The notes under the pieces: model-generated
Seen by the model: only the letters and a program-made list of their open reading frames with translations
Database searches by the model: none
What the model was told of the DNA's origin: nothing
Program-made: the position numbers and the translations under genes
Part shown: positions 61,033-61,156 of the stretch, one piece after another
How positions within the stretch are numbered: the stretch's first letter is position 1
Layout: each line of letters opens with the position of its first letter
From: Gekko japonicus
Lineage: Eukaryota
Assembly: GCF_001447785.1 (NCBI RefSeq)
Contig: NW_015169920.1
Span: 1 to 61,156, forward strand
Direction of reading: 5' to 3'
DNA: 61,156 nucleotides

Positions 61033-61106
61033 ATCGAGAAACGAGTTCCCGACTTCCAGCCTTCCACGCTGCTGGATTTTGGCTCTGGGACTGGCACTGT
61101 CAGCTG
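61033..61106 (+). CDS. METTL17: METTL17 coding exon 6 (SAM-binding motif I)
   Basis: [25 protein letters not shown] (human AFQPQTLMDFGSGTGSVTW); TG|GTAAGC donor; the gene continues beyond the window. Confidence 0.96.
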
Positions 61107-61156
61107 GTAAGCAGGAGTACTATTTCTTCCTCCGTGTTTCCTGAGAGATCACGGGG

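Overview
Vertebrate genomic DNA, most likely a gecko: Sauria SINEs plus abundant Squam3-type SINEs point to Gekkota. The window has 7 assembly gaps (18924-19172, 26774-26842, 27271-27356, 34434-34687, 36007-36706, 51318-51813, 55625-55697). It holds a tandem cluster of three single-coding-exon, secreted, 6-cysteine RNase A superfamily genes, all on the + strand. (1) 3294-3734 is a canonical enzyme resembling turtle/iguana pancreatic RNase. (2) 29112-29552 is a strongly cationic, aromatic-rich paralogue with an intact catalytic triad. (3) 41614-42060 is an intact ORF that has lost the His119 equivalent (PVQL) and Thr45, so it is a probable pseudo-enzyme. Downstream are the CpG-island promoter and coding exons 1-6 of METTL17 (47749-61106, gene continues past the window), the same RNase-cluster/METTL17 neighbourhood as human 14q11.2. 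Most of the remainder is transposon-derived: Sauria, Squam3, tRNA- and 5S-derived SINEs; CR1, L2, L1 and RTE/BovB fragments; hAT, Harbinger-like and Tc2-like MITEs; and Penelope remnants with hammerhead-ribozyme cores. Most listed ORFs are spurious frames in these repeats. Family names come from recalled consensus features, not from a database search.
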